From: an uncultured Gammaproteobacteria bacterium
Lineage (GTDB): Bacteria; Patescibacteriota; Microgenomatia; UBA12405; BS750m-G30
NCBI GenBank assembly: GCA_964484095.1
Contig: CAZAEB010000001.1
Coordinates: 1,655-65,654, forward strand
Direction: 5' to 3'
DNA: 64,000 bases
Part shown: positions 37,960 to 46,517 of the stretch, one piece after another
Position numbering within the stretch: position 1 is the stretch's first letter
Layout: the number at the start of each line of letters is the position of its first letter
The notes under the pieces: model-generated
What the model was told of the DNA's origin: nothing
What the model saw: the letters and a program-made list of their open reading frames with translations, nothing else
Database searches by the model: none
Program-made: the position numbers and the translations under genes

Positions 37960-38607
37960 CTACCTCTCTCCTCGATTAATGTAAACCTTTATCCCTATAT
38001 ACCCTGATTTTGTTAAAGCGGGAATTTCCGCATAGTCAATATCTGCACGAATGGTACTTAAAGAAACCCTTCCTGCTGAAAAAGTCTCGCTTCTGGCAAT
38101 CTCGGCTCCATTAATTCTTCCCTTGATGACTATTTTTACTCCAACCGCCCCCGACATCATTACTCGCTCTAGCGCCTTATTAACCACTTTCCTAAAGGGA
38201 ACTCTTTTTTCTAACTGATAGACTATCCGCTGACCGACCAATTTGGCCGACAGATCCTGATTTTTAACCTCTTCGACTTCAATTTCCAAATTTTTTTCCG
38301 GACTGGCAACAGATACTATTTTACAAAGAGATTTTTTTATCTCTTCAAGCCCCTTACCGCCCCGTCCTATAACCAGACCCGGACGTCCGACAAACAGGGT
38401 AACCCTAATCTTTTTGGTTAGTCTTTCTATCTGAACCAGCATAAGTCCAGCCATATATAGACGATTTTCAAGGAACTTTCTAATCTCAAGGTCTTCTTTT
38501 ATCATTTCCGGATACTTATCCTTACTGGAAAACCAACGAGAAGACCAGCTAGCTGGTGCCTTATTATCACTTAACCTAAATGCAATTGGATGTGTTTTTT
38601 GTCCCAT
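37960..38607 (-). CDS. rpsC: 30S ribosomal protein uS3
   Basis: MGQKTHP, RPGLVIGRGG, GRINGAEIARSE, RADIDYA. Confidence 0.97.
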   Translation of the reverse strand: MGQKTHPIAFRLSDNKAPASWSSRWFSSKDKYPEMIKEDLEIRKFLENRLYMAGLMLVQIERLTKKIRVTLFVGRPGLVIGRGGKGLEEIKKSLCKIVSVASPEKNLEIEVEEVKNQDLSAKLVGQRIVYQLEKRVPFRKVVNKALERVMMSGAVGVKIVIKGRINGAEIARSETFSAGRVSLSTIRADIDYAEIPALTKSGYIGIKVYINRGER

Positions 38608-38993
38608 TATTTATCTTTTTTTTGACCAATAATAATAATTTTTAGATGTGATCGCCTTCTTTTAATCAGTCCACTGTTAAACCTAGCCCCATGAAATCGA
38701 TCTCTTCTGACCATTCCCGGAGCCTCATCAACAGTAATCTTTTTAAATTTCAATGTTCCTCTATCAAGTCCAGAATTATTAACCGCGTTAGCAATCACTC
38801 CTTTTAGAACCTTAAGCATAATTCTTGCCCCTTTTTGGCTAGCAACCGAAAGGTTTCTTTCAGCTACCTCTAGTGAAAGCTTTGTCATTCCGTCAGCTAT
38901 CAGTCGCAATTTTCGAGGTGAAATTCGCAAATGTTTAGCATAAACTACTATCTCTACTCCTGCCTTATCAATTGGCTTTTTGTCTTTTGCCAT
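38607..38993 (-). CDS. rplV: 50S ribosomal protein uL22
   Basis: RISPRKLRLIAD, ANAVNN, VDEAP, RSHLKI. Confidence 0.95.
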   Translation of the reverse strand: MAKDKKPIDKAGVEIVVYAKHLRISPRKLRLIADGMTKLSLEVAERNLSVASQKGARIMLKVLKGVIANAVNNSGLDRGTLKFKKITVDEAPGMVRRDRFHGARFNSGLIKRRRSHLKIIIIGQKKDK

Positions 38994-38996
38994 TTT

Positions 38997-39281
38997 TTAT
39001 GTTTTCTCAATCACTCTTTTAACCACTCTCCCGTGACCTCTAAACGTTCTTGTTAGAGAAAATTCACCCAAACGATGGCCTACCATTTCCTCAGTAACAA
39101 AAAGACTGATGAATTTTCTTCCATTATGAATCATAAAACTATGACCAACAAATTCAGGCGAAATCTGACTAGCCCTAGCCCAGGTCTTTATCGGCTCCTT
39201 TTTGCCTCCCTTGTTCTGAGCTACAACCTTTTTAAGCAGTTTTTTGTCTATATAAGGTCCTTTTTTTAATGATCTTCCCAT
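38997..39281 (-). CDS. rpsS: 30S ribosomal protein uS19
   Basis: [31 protein letters not shown]. Confidence 0.98.
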   Translation of the reverse strand: MGRSLKKGPYIDKKLLKKVVAQNKGGKKEPIKTWARASQISPEFVGHSFMIHNGRKFISLFVTEEMVGHRLGEFSLTRTFRGHGRVVKRVIEKT

Positions 39282-39285
39282 TTTT

Positions 39286-40062
39286 TTACTTTCTTCGCTT
39301 AATTATTAATCTATTTGAATACTTTTTCTTTTTTCTGGTCCTAACTCCTAATGTTCTTTTACCCCAAGGAGTTTTCGGAGCCTTCATTCCAATTCCAGAC
39401 TTACCCTCTCCTCCACCATGAGGATGAGAAGAAGGATTTTGGACAACTCCACGAACTGTAGGTCTAACCCCTCTGAGCCTTTTTTGACCAGCTTTAGTGT
39501 ATTTATGAGAGGACCACTCCGAATTGGAAATCTGTCCAATTGTTGCCATGCACTCAGGAGAAAAAAGCCTCATCTCTCCTGAAGGCATTTTCACTACCAC
39601 CCCATTTTTCTCAATACTTTGAATAAAAACCATCGACCCAGCGCTTCTAGCCATCTGACCGCCTTTACCAGGAAAAATCTCTAAGTTGTGTATTGGTACT
39701 CCAGCAGGAATATTTTTTAACTTCATCGCATTGCCCGGCTTTATCGATGCCTTTACTTTTGAAACTACCTTATCACCGATAGAGATCTTTTCCGGTGCTA
39801 AAATATAGCGCCTTTCTCCATCTGGATATACTATTAAAGCTAAATTAGCAGTTCTGTTGGGATCATACTCAATTCCCTCAACTATGCCGATAATATTCTT
39901 TTTTGATCTGGCCCAATCAATCTTCCTAATAAATCTTTTCTGTTCACCGCCCTGGTGACGAACACTGACCCGTCCACCAAAGCCACGACCACTTTTTTTC
40001 TTTTTAGTTTTAAGCAGATGTTTAATTTTTTTATTTCGCTGGAAACAAACTTGTTTATTCAT
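39286..40062 (-). CDS. rplB: 50S ribosomal protein uL2 (N-terminally short)
   Basis: [33 protein letters not shown]. Confidence 0.97.
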   Translation of the reverse strand: MNKQVCFQRNKKIKHLLKTKKKKSGRGFGGRVSVRHQGGEQKRFIRKIDWARSKKNIIGIVEGIEYDPNRTANLALIVYPDGERRYILAPEKISIGDKVVSKVKASIKPGNAMKLKNIPAGVPIHNLEIFPGKGGQMARSAGSMVFIQSIEKNGVVVKMPSGEMRLFSPECMATIGQISNSEWSSHKYTKAGQKRLRGVRPTVRGVVQNPSSHPHGGGEGKSGIGMKAPKTPWGKRTLGVRTRKKKKYSNRLIIKRRK

Positions 40063-40359
40063 TTATTTTTCTTTAATAACCAGCTGTTTGATTTTTTCAC
40101 CCGATTTTAAAGTTACTAAAGCCTTTTTGTATGCCGACAAAGTTACTTTGCGTCGATGACGCCATATCATTTTCGCCTTAGGCTTAACTCTAATAACTCG
40201 AACCCTTACAGGAGTTACCCCTAAATATTCTTTAACTGCATCGGCAATTTGATGCTTGTTTGCACTTTTGTGAACAAAAAAAGTCCACACTCCTTGTGTT
40301 TGTAACTGCAAAGTCTTTTCCGTCAAAACAGGCTTTATAATAACCCATGAGCTACTCAT
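40063..40359 (-). CDS. rplW: 50S ribosomal protein uL23
   Basis: IKPVLTEK, ANKHQIADAV, YKKALVTL. Confidence 0.95.
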   Translation of the reverse strand: MSSSWVIIKPVLTEKTLQLQTQGVWTFFVHKSANKHQIADAVKEYLGVTPVRVRVIRVKPKAKMIWRHRRKVTLSAYKKALVTLKSGEKIKQLVIKEK

Positions 40360-41027
40360 TTTTCAATCTCCAATACTTTTTTATCAAAAATTAAATAATT
40401 ACTATTCAAAACCAAATAAGGATTAAGATCGACAAAACGGCTAACAATAACTCCCTTGCCAGATAAATTTCCAAAAGCCCTTTTTACCTGGTCTGTATGT
40501 TTTTCAACAACAACCAAAACTTTTTTGGACTCCGATAAATTTTTCTCGCTTTTCCTTAATTTGTTTAGTAGAAGTTCTGCTTTTTTTGTTTTAGGTTTGA
40601 TTTTAGTGATATTAGAAACAGCACAAATTCTTTTAGAATCAAACTGTTCTGTTAAAACAGAGAATAAGGCCTTTTTCTTCATTTTTTTACTAAATTTTAA
40701 TTTCCAATTCTCTTTGCCTGTAGGACCATGAGCAATACCGCCGCCGACAAAAATCGGAGCCTTAAGATCTCCGTGACGGGCCTTACCTGTCCCTTTTTGT
40801 TTCCAAATTTTCCTAGTTGAACCAACTACTTCTCCTCGAGACTTAACACGAGGATGAGCCTTTCTCTGGTTTGAAAGATATACTCTCACTGCCTGAGCAA
40901 CCAGATCAGGGTTTTTCTTAACAGCAAAGATATCTCCAGAAACAAATAGTTGGCCGGACTTTTCACCGCTAAGTTCGTATACGTTTATTACCAGTCTATT
41001 TTGATCATTCCTGCTTGCCATTATCAA
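40356..41027 (-). CDS. rplD: 50S ribosomal protein uL4
   Basis: KSRGEV.GSTRKIWKQKGTGKARHG…GGGIAHGP. Confidence 0.97.
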   Translation of the reverse strand: MIMASRNDQNRLVINVYELSGEKSGQLFVSGDIFAVKKNPDLVAQAVRVYLSNQRKAHPRVKSRGEVVGSTRKIWKQKGTGKARHGDLKAPIFVGGGIAHGPTGKENWKLKFSKKMKKKALFSVLTEQFDSKRICAVSNITKIKPKTKKAELLLNKLRKSEKNLSESKKVLVVVEKHTDQVKRAFGNLSGKGVIVSRFVDLNPYLVLNSNYLIFDKKVLEIEK

Positions 41028-41701
41028 TCTCCCCCAGAAGGGTTCTCTAAAAGAGTAACTTTTTTATTCTTTAATGATGTCTTTATAAGCAAAACCCAGC
41101 TTTTTATCGCTCCTGGAACTGATCCTTTTATCCAAATTTCTTGACTATCACTATCAATTTTATAAACAGGCAGGTTTTTAACAGTAATTTTTGTATTTCC
41201 GAAATGACCAGGCATCTTTTTCCCTTTAAACACTCTTCCTGGAGTTTGTGATCCTATTGATCCAGGAGCTCTTTCTCTATCTGACTGGCCGTGAGTTTTA
41301 GGCTGACTTTGAAATCCCCAGCGTTTAATTGCTCCTGAAAAACCTCGTCCTTTACTCGATCCTTGAGCATTTACTCTGTCTCCGGGTTGTAAAACCAAGG
41401 TCGGTTTAATCTCTTGCCCAAGCTTGTAATCACCAACCTCTTTCTCATTAATAGAGCACTCATAAAAAAAAGCGGGGCTTTTTTTAACTCCTGCTTTTTT
41501 AACTCTACCTTCTAGTGATTTTCCGGTTTCTTTTTTCTCTCCAACTCCAACTTGAACAGCACAGTAACCATCGGTTTCGCTAGTTTTGATCTGAAAAACT
41601 ACCCCGCAAGGGGCCTTTAAAACCGTCAATGGAACAAGACATCCTTCCTGATCGAATTTTTGTTCCATTCTTAATTTTTGAGCTAACAATTTAGTTATCA
41701 T
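41024..41701 (-). CDS. rplC: 50S ribosomal protein uL3
   Basis: DGYCAVQVG, SKGRGFSGAIKRW, RAPGSIG, KGKKMPG. Confidence 0.97.
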   Translation of the reverse strand: MITKLLAQKLRMEQKFDQEGCLVPLTVLKAPCGVVFQIKTSETDGYCAVQVGVGEKKETGKSLEGRVKKAGVKKSPAFFYECSINEKEVGDYKLGQEIKPTLVLQPGDRVNAQGSSKGRGFSGAIKRWGFQSQPKTHGQSDRERAPGSIGSQTPGRVFKGKKMPGHFGNTKITVKNLPVYKIDSDSQEIWIKGSVPGAIKSWVLLIKTSLKNKKVTLLENPSGGD

Positions 41702-41718
41702 CTTTACTCTTTATTAAC

Positions 41719-41749
41719 AAAAAAAAAGAGACCGGGACCGGCCCCTTTT
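41719..41749 (-). terminator. Intrinsic terminator-like hairpin between rpsJ and rplC
   Basis: Minus strand AAAAGGGGCCG-gtcc-CGGTCTC followed by 9 T. Confidence 0.7.
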
Positions 41750-41824
41750 AATTTTATTTGCTTAAAATAAAAAACTATATGACTTTGCAATCTGCAAAAC
41801 CGGTCATGCTAAATTAAAAAATAA

Positions 41825-42133
41825 CTACATTTTTACCTCAACCTCAATTCCTGAGGGGAGATCCAAATGTTGCAAACCATCAATTACTCTAGGATTGGCA
41901 TCTATGATATCAATAACTCTTTTGTGAATCAATACCTCAAAATGCTCTCGCGCATCCTCATCAACATGGGGACTGGTATTAACCACAAAAAGCTTTCGCC
42001 TTGTTGGCAACGGAATCGGACCAACAATGCTGGCCCCGCTAATTACCACCGCATCGATAATTTTCGCTGCTGCTTCATCGATAATCCGATGATCATAAGA
42101 TTTTAAACGTACTCTAATTTTATTTTTATACAT
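41825..42133 (-). CDS. rpsJ: 30S ribosomal protein uS10
   Basis: IRVRLKSYDHRIID, GPIPLPT, SPHVDEDAREHFE, HKRVIDI. Confidence 0.97.
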   Translation of the reverse strand: MYKNKIRVRLKSYDHRIIDEAAAKIIDAVVISGASIVGPIPLPTRRKLFVVNTSPHVDEDAREHFEVLIHKRVIDIIDANPRVIDGLQHLDLPSGIEVEVKM

Positions 42134-42184
42134 TGATACCCTCAAGTTCAATCCTTCAATGGCTGTACCGGTTTAAAGCTGAAA

Positions 42185-43378
42185 TTATTTTGTAATTTCG
42201 GTAACCACTCCTGCTCCAACCGTCAATCCGCCTTCTCTGATTGCAAACTTCATTCCTTTCTCCATAGCTACTGGTTTTATCAACTTTACGTCAATATTTG
42301 CATTGTCACCAGGCATAATCATCTCTACTCCCTCAGCCAATTTAATCTCGCCAGTAACATCAGTCGTTCTGACATAAATTTGTGGCCTGTATCCTGAAAA
42401 AAACGGAGTATGTCTGCCTCCCTCTTCCTTTTTAAGAACATAAACCTCTGCTTTAAATTCTGTATGAGGAGTAATGCTTCCAGGCTTTGCCAAAACCATT
42501 CCTCGATCAATGTCGTCTTTTTCAATTCCTCGAAGAAGAATTCCGACATTGTCGCCAGCCTGGCCTTCGTCTAAATGTTTATGGAACATCTCAACTCCGG
42601 TAACAACTGTTTTTCTAGTGTCTCTAAGTCCAATAATTTCAATCTCTTCTCCAACTTTGACTATCCCTCTGTCAATTTTACCGGTAGCAACTGTTCCTCT
42701 TCCCTTAATAGAAAAAACATCCTCTACTGGCATCATGAAAGGTTTGTCTAAATCTCTCTCAGGAGTTGGAATATAGTCATCAATTGCTGTCATTAGATCC
42801 GTAATTGATTTCTCTCCTTCGGCATCTCCATCCATTGCCTTCAAAGCCGAACCGCGAATTATTGGAATTTTATCACCGGGAAAATCGTACTTTTTTAATA
42901 GATCTCGAATTTCCATTTCTACCAGATCTAAAAACTCAGGATCATCAACTAGGTCAACCTTATTAAGAAAAACCACCATTGATGGAACATTCACCTGTCC
43001 TGCCAGTAATACATGCTCTCTTGTCTGAGGCATTGGTCCGTCGGCAGCAGAAACTACCAAAATACCACCATCCATTTGGGCGGCACCGGTAATCATGTTT
43101 TTGATATAATCGGCGTGTCCGGGACAATCGATATGAGCATAATGTCTCTTGTCTGTCTCATACTCGACATGAGCAACAGCAATAGTAAGAATCTTGCTTG
43201 CGTCTCGAACTGCTCCACCCTTAGCAATGTCAGCGTAAGACTTCTCCGTAGCCTGACCCTTTTTAGAAAGAGTTTTTAATATTGCTGCTGTCAATGTGGT
43301 TTTACCATGATCAACGTGACCAATGGTACCAACATTAACGTGCGGCTTACTTCGATCGTATTTTTTACTATCTGCCAT
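42185..43378 (-). CDS. tuf: Elongation factor Tu
   Basis: [45 protein letters not shown]. Confidence 0.99.
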   Translation of the reverse strand: MADSKKYDRSKPHVNVGTIGHVDHGKTTLTAAILKTLSKKGQATEKSYADIAKGGAVRDASKILTIAVAHVEYETDKRHYAHIDCPGHADYIKNMITGAAQMDGGILVVSAADGPMPQTREHVLLAGQVNVPSMVVFLNKVDLVDDPEFLDLVEMEIRDLLKKYDFPGDKIPIIRGSALKAMDGDAEGEKSITDLMTAIDDYIPTPERDLDKPFMMPVEDVFSIKGRGTVATGKIDRGIVKVGEEIEIIGLRDTRKTVVTGVEMFHKHLDEGQAGDNVGILLRGIEKDDIDRGMVLAKPGSITPHTEFKAEVYVLKKEEGGRHTPFFSGYRPQIYVRTTDVTGEIKLAEGVEMIMPGDNANIDVKLIKPVAMEKGMKFAIREGGLTVGAGVVTEITK

Positions 43379-43417
43379 AATTGCCTCCTTTAAATTTTAA
43401 ACGTAGAAATTTTAACA

Positions 43418-45520
43418 TTACTTACTCTTATTTGCAATAATCTCGTCCTGAACATTTCTAGGCACCTCCTGATAATGAGAAGGTTCCATATAAAAAGAAC
43501 CCCTACCTTGAGTAAGGCTCCTTATTATTGTAGCATACCCGCGAACCTCTGCAAGAGGAACCTTAGCATTAACTACCCTCATCTGACCTCGAGACTCTGT
43601 TCCTAAAATTTGAGCTCTTCTCCCAGAAAGATCGCCAATAACTGTTCCTAAATATTCTTCAGGAACAGAAACCTCCAGCTTCATAATAGGTTCAAGCAGG
43701 GTAGGATTAGCCTTTTTGGCCGTATTTTGAAAAGCCATTGAGCCAGCAATTTTAAAGGCCATATCAGAAGAATCAACATCGTGATAACTTCCATCATAAA
43801 CGGCCACTTTTAAGTCAACAAATGGAAAACCAGCTACAATCCCTTTTTCCATCGCTTCAACGACACCTTTTTCGATAGCAGGAATATATACTGCTGGAAT
43901 TGCTGCCCCTCTAATTTCTGAAACAAATTCAAATCCGCTGCCTCTTTCTTTGGGTTCTATTCTAATCAAACAGTGTCCATACTGACCACGACCACCGGTT
44001 TGACGAATATATTTTCCTTCTCCATTTTCAGTTGTGGTCACTGTTTCTCTGAAAGCCACTTGAGGCTTGCCAACTACAACATCAACACCAAACTCTCGTC
44101 GCATTCTTTCTACCAAAATCTCAAGATGAAGTTCTCCCATCCCGGCGATAATTGTCTGACCAGTCTCATGATCTACCTTAGTCACAAAGGTAGGATCTTC
44201 TTCGGCCAATTTATTCAAAGATTGGCCAAGTTTTTCCTGATCGGTTTTAGTTTTTGGTTCGATCGCCAAAGAAATTACCGGCTCTGGAAAACTTATTGAC
44301 TCATAGACTATTGGATTGGCAGAATCGCATAAAGTATGACCGGTAGTTGACTCTCTTAAGCCAATAACAGCTATAATCTCTCCAGCATAAGCCTCTTCGA
44401 TTCCTTCTTTTTTATCGGCATGCATCAACAACAACCGACCTATTCTTTCATTTTTTGACTTGGTCGCGTTCAAGATGCTTGATCCTGACTTTAGCGTTCC
44501 TGAATATATTCTTAAATAGCTAAGCCTACCCACATGAGGATCTGTTTGAACTTTAAAGAGCAAAGCAGAAAAAGGAGCTTTCTTATCCGCAAATCTCTCT
44601 TCTTCTTTTTCAGTTTTTGGATTTATTCCCTTTGCCGAAGGAATATCTAAAGGCGAAGGAAGAAAATCAATCACCCCATCCAAAACCGGCTGAATGCATT
44701 TGTTTCTCCAAGCAGCTCCGCAATAAATCGGCACCAACTGGTTAGCGATAACCGCCTTTCTCAAACCCACTTTAAGTTCTTCAACTTCAATCTCTTCATC
44801 ATTTAAAAATCTCTCCATTAGGCTCTCATCATAAGTGCAAATATTTTCCACCAACCGTTGTCTTTTTTCTTTCAACTGTTGCCTATATTCTTCAGGAACT
44901 TCGCTCACAGTATATTCAACTCCCAGTTCATCCTTATCCCAAATAAGCATTTTTTGATCGATAACAGAGATTATTCCTTTAAAATCGTGTTCTTTTCCAA
45001 CTGGAATTGTCATAATTGCCAGCTTAGTGCCAAATCTATCGTTAATCATCGATACGGTGTTTTCAAAATCAGCGCCAATTTTATCCATTTTATTGACAAA
45101 AACTAGCCTTGGCACCCGATATTTATCAGCCTGATGCCAAACCGTTTCCGATTGAGCCTGAACCCCTTCTTCAGCATCAAAAACCATAATTGCTCCGTCT
45201 AAAACCCTTAACGATCTTTCCACCTCAGCTGTAAAATCAACATGACCCGGGGTGTCAATTACATTTAGACGATACTCTTTCCAAAAAGTAGTAATTGCCG
45301 CTGATACGATAGTAATTCCACGTTCGCGCTCCTGATCCATCCAATCAGTAACTGTAGTTCCTTCATCAATACTGCCTACTTTATAAGACTTTCCCGTATA
45401 GAAAAGAATCCTTTCAGTAGTAGTTGTCTTGCCGGCATCAATGTGAGCAATAATACCAATATTTCTCACCTTTTCCATCGGCATGTTTCTATCTTTTGTT
45501 ACTATGATTTGATTAGCCAT
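43418..45520 (-). CDS. fusA: Elongation factor G
   Basis: AHIDAGKTTTTERIL, DTPGHVDF, GMGELHLE, QTGGRGQYGH. Confidence 0.99.
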   Translation of the reverse strand: MANQIIVTKDRNMPMEKVRNIGIIAHIDAGKTTTTERILFYTGKSYKVGSIDEGTTVTDWMDQERERGITIVSAAITTFWKEYRLNVIDTPGHVDFTAEVERSLRVLDGAIMVFDAEEGVQAQSETVWHQADKYRVPRLVFVNKMDKIGADFENTVSMINDRFGTKLAIMTIPVGKEHDFKGIISVIDQKMLIWDKDELGVEYTVSEVPEEYRQQLKEKRQRLVENICTYDESLMERFLNDEEIEVEELKVGLRKAVIANQLVPIYCGAAWRNKCIQPVLDGVIDFLPSPLDIPSAKGINPKTEKEEERFADKKAPFSALLFKVQTDPHVGRLSYLRIYSGTLKSGSSILNATKSKNERIGRLLLMHADKKEGIEEAYAGEIIAVIGLRESTTGHTLCDSANPIVYESISFPEPVISLAIEPKTKTDQEKLGQSLNKLAEEDPTFVTKVDHETGQTIIAGMGELHLEILVERMRREFGVDVVVGKPQVAFRETVTTTENGEGKYIRQTGGRGQYGHCLIRIEPKERGSGFEFVSEIRGAAIPAVYIPAIEKGVVEAMEKGIVAGFPFVDLKVAVYDGSYHDVDSSDMAFKIAGSMAFQNTAKKANPTLLEPIMKLEVSVPEEYLGTVIGDLSGRRAQILGTESRGQMRVVNAKVPLAEVRGYATIIRSLTQGRGSFYMEPSHYQEVPRNVQDEIIANKSK

Positions 45521-45568
45521 TATTATATCTACTTATTAAAATAAGTGTGAAAAATATTTTTAACTATT

Positions 45569-46048
45569 TTACCAGCGAAGATGGGAAAACGCTGTGTTTG
45601 CTTCAGCTATCTTTTCAATCTCTTCTTTTTTTGCCATCGCTCCGCCACCCCGACTGTAACCCTCAATAATCTCTGTCGCTAATTTTTCAAAAAAATTATG
45701 AAACTCCGAATTTGAACGAGTTCTTGCCGCAGACACCATCCAACGAATAGCTAAAGTTTCTTGACGTTGACCTCTAACTAAAGAGGGCACCTGATATGTT
45801 GCTCCTCCAACTCTTCTTGACCTTACCTCAACACGAGGACGAACATTATCTACTGTTGATAAAAAAACTTCAAGGGGGTCCTTTTTAAGTTTCTTTTCAA
45901 TTAAATCAAACGCACTATATACATGTTTTTGAGCAATGGTTTTTTTGCCATTGACCATCACCTTGTTAATAAGCCTGCTTACTAATATATTTTTATAAAT
46001 TGGATCTGGAAGAGAGGGTCTTTTTTTTATGTTCCCTTTTCTGCTCAT
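45569..46048 (-). CDS. rpsG: 30S ribosomal protein uS7
   Basis: GKKTIA, EVRSRRVGGATYQVP, AEAN.AFSH. Confidence 0.97.
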   Translation of the reverse strand: MSRKGNIKKRPSLPDPIYKNILVSRLINKVMVNGKKTIAQKHVYSAFDLIEKKLKKDPLEVFLSTVDNVRPRVEVRSRRVGGATYQVPSLVRGQRQETLAIRWMVSAARTRSNSEFHNFFEKLATEIIEGYSRGGGAMAKKEEIEKIAEANTAFSHLRW

Positions 46049-46057
46049 TTTTTTATA

Positions 46058-46507
46058 CTACTCTGCTGCCGGAGCAGAAGCCTCGATTGATTCTTTAACT
46101 CCATCTTTTTTGACACCATATTTACTTCTTGACTGCTTTCTTCCCATCACTGCCTCTGCGTCATATTTGCCTCTAATAATGTGGTAGCGAACTCCCGGCA
46201 AATCTCTCACTTTCCCGCCGCGAACCATAACTACCGCATGTTCTGCAATATTATGACCAATACCAGGAATATATACCGTCATTTCTCTCTTGTTAGAAAG
46301 CCTAACCTTAGCTACTTTTCTCATTGCCGAATGAGGCTTTTTAGGCGGCATAGTCTTTATCATTGTTACTACGCCTCGCTTTTGCGGATTTACACTAACC
46401 ACCATTCGATTTTTAACACTATTAAAACTCCCTCGCAATGCAGGGCTTTTAATTTTGTTTTTAACCTTACTGCGACCTTTTCGAATTAGTTGATTAAATG
46501 TAGGCAT
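46058..46507 (-). CDS. rpsL: 30S ribosomal protein uS12
   Basis: [39 protein letters not shown]. Confidence 0.98.
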   Translation of the reverse strand: MPTFNQLIRKGRSKVKNKIKSPALRGSFNSVKNRMVVSVNPQKRGVVTMIKTMPPKKPHSAMRKVAKVRLSNKREMTVYIPGIGHNIAEHAVVMVRGGKVRDLPGVRYHIIRGKYDAEAVMGRKQSRSKYGVKKDGVKESIEASAPAAE

Positions 46508-46517
46508 AAGTTTTCCT

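Noticed and set aside
45531-45546. ACTTATT-aa-AATAAGT inverted repeat between rpsG and fusA (similar AT-rich hairpins near 28878 and 29918)
   Set aside because: Short, almost all A-T pairs with a too-small loop; not distinguishable from background
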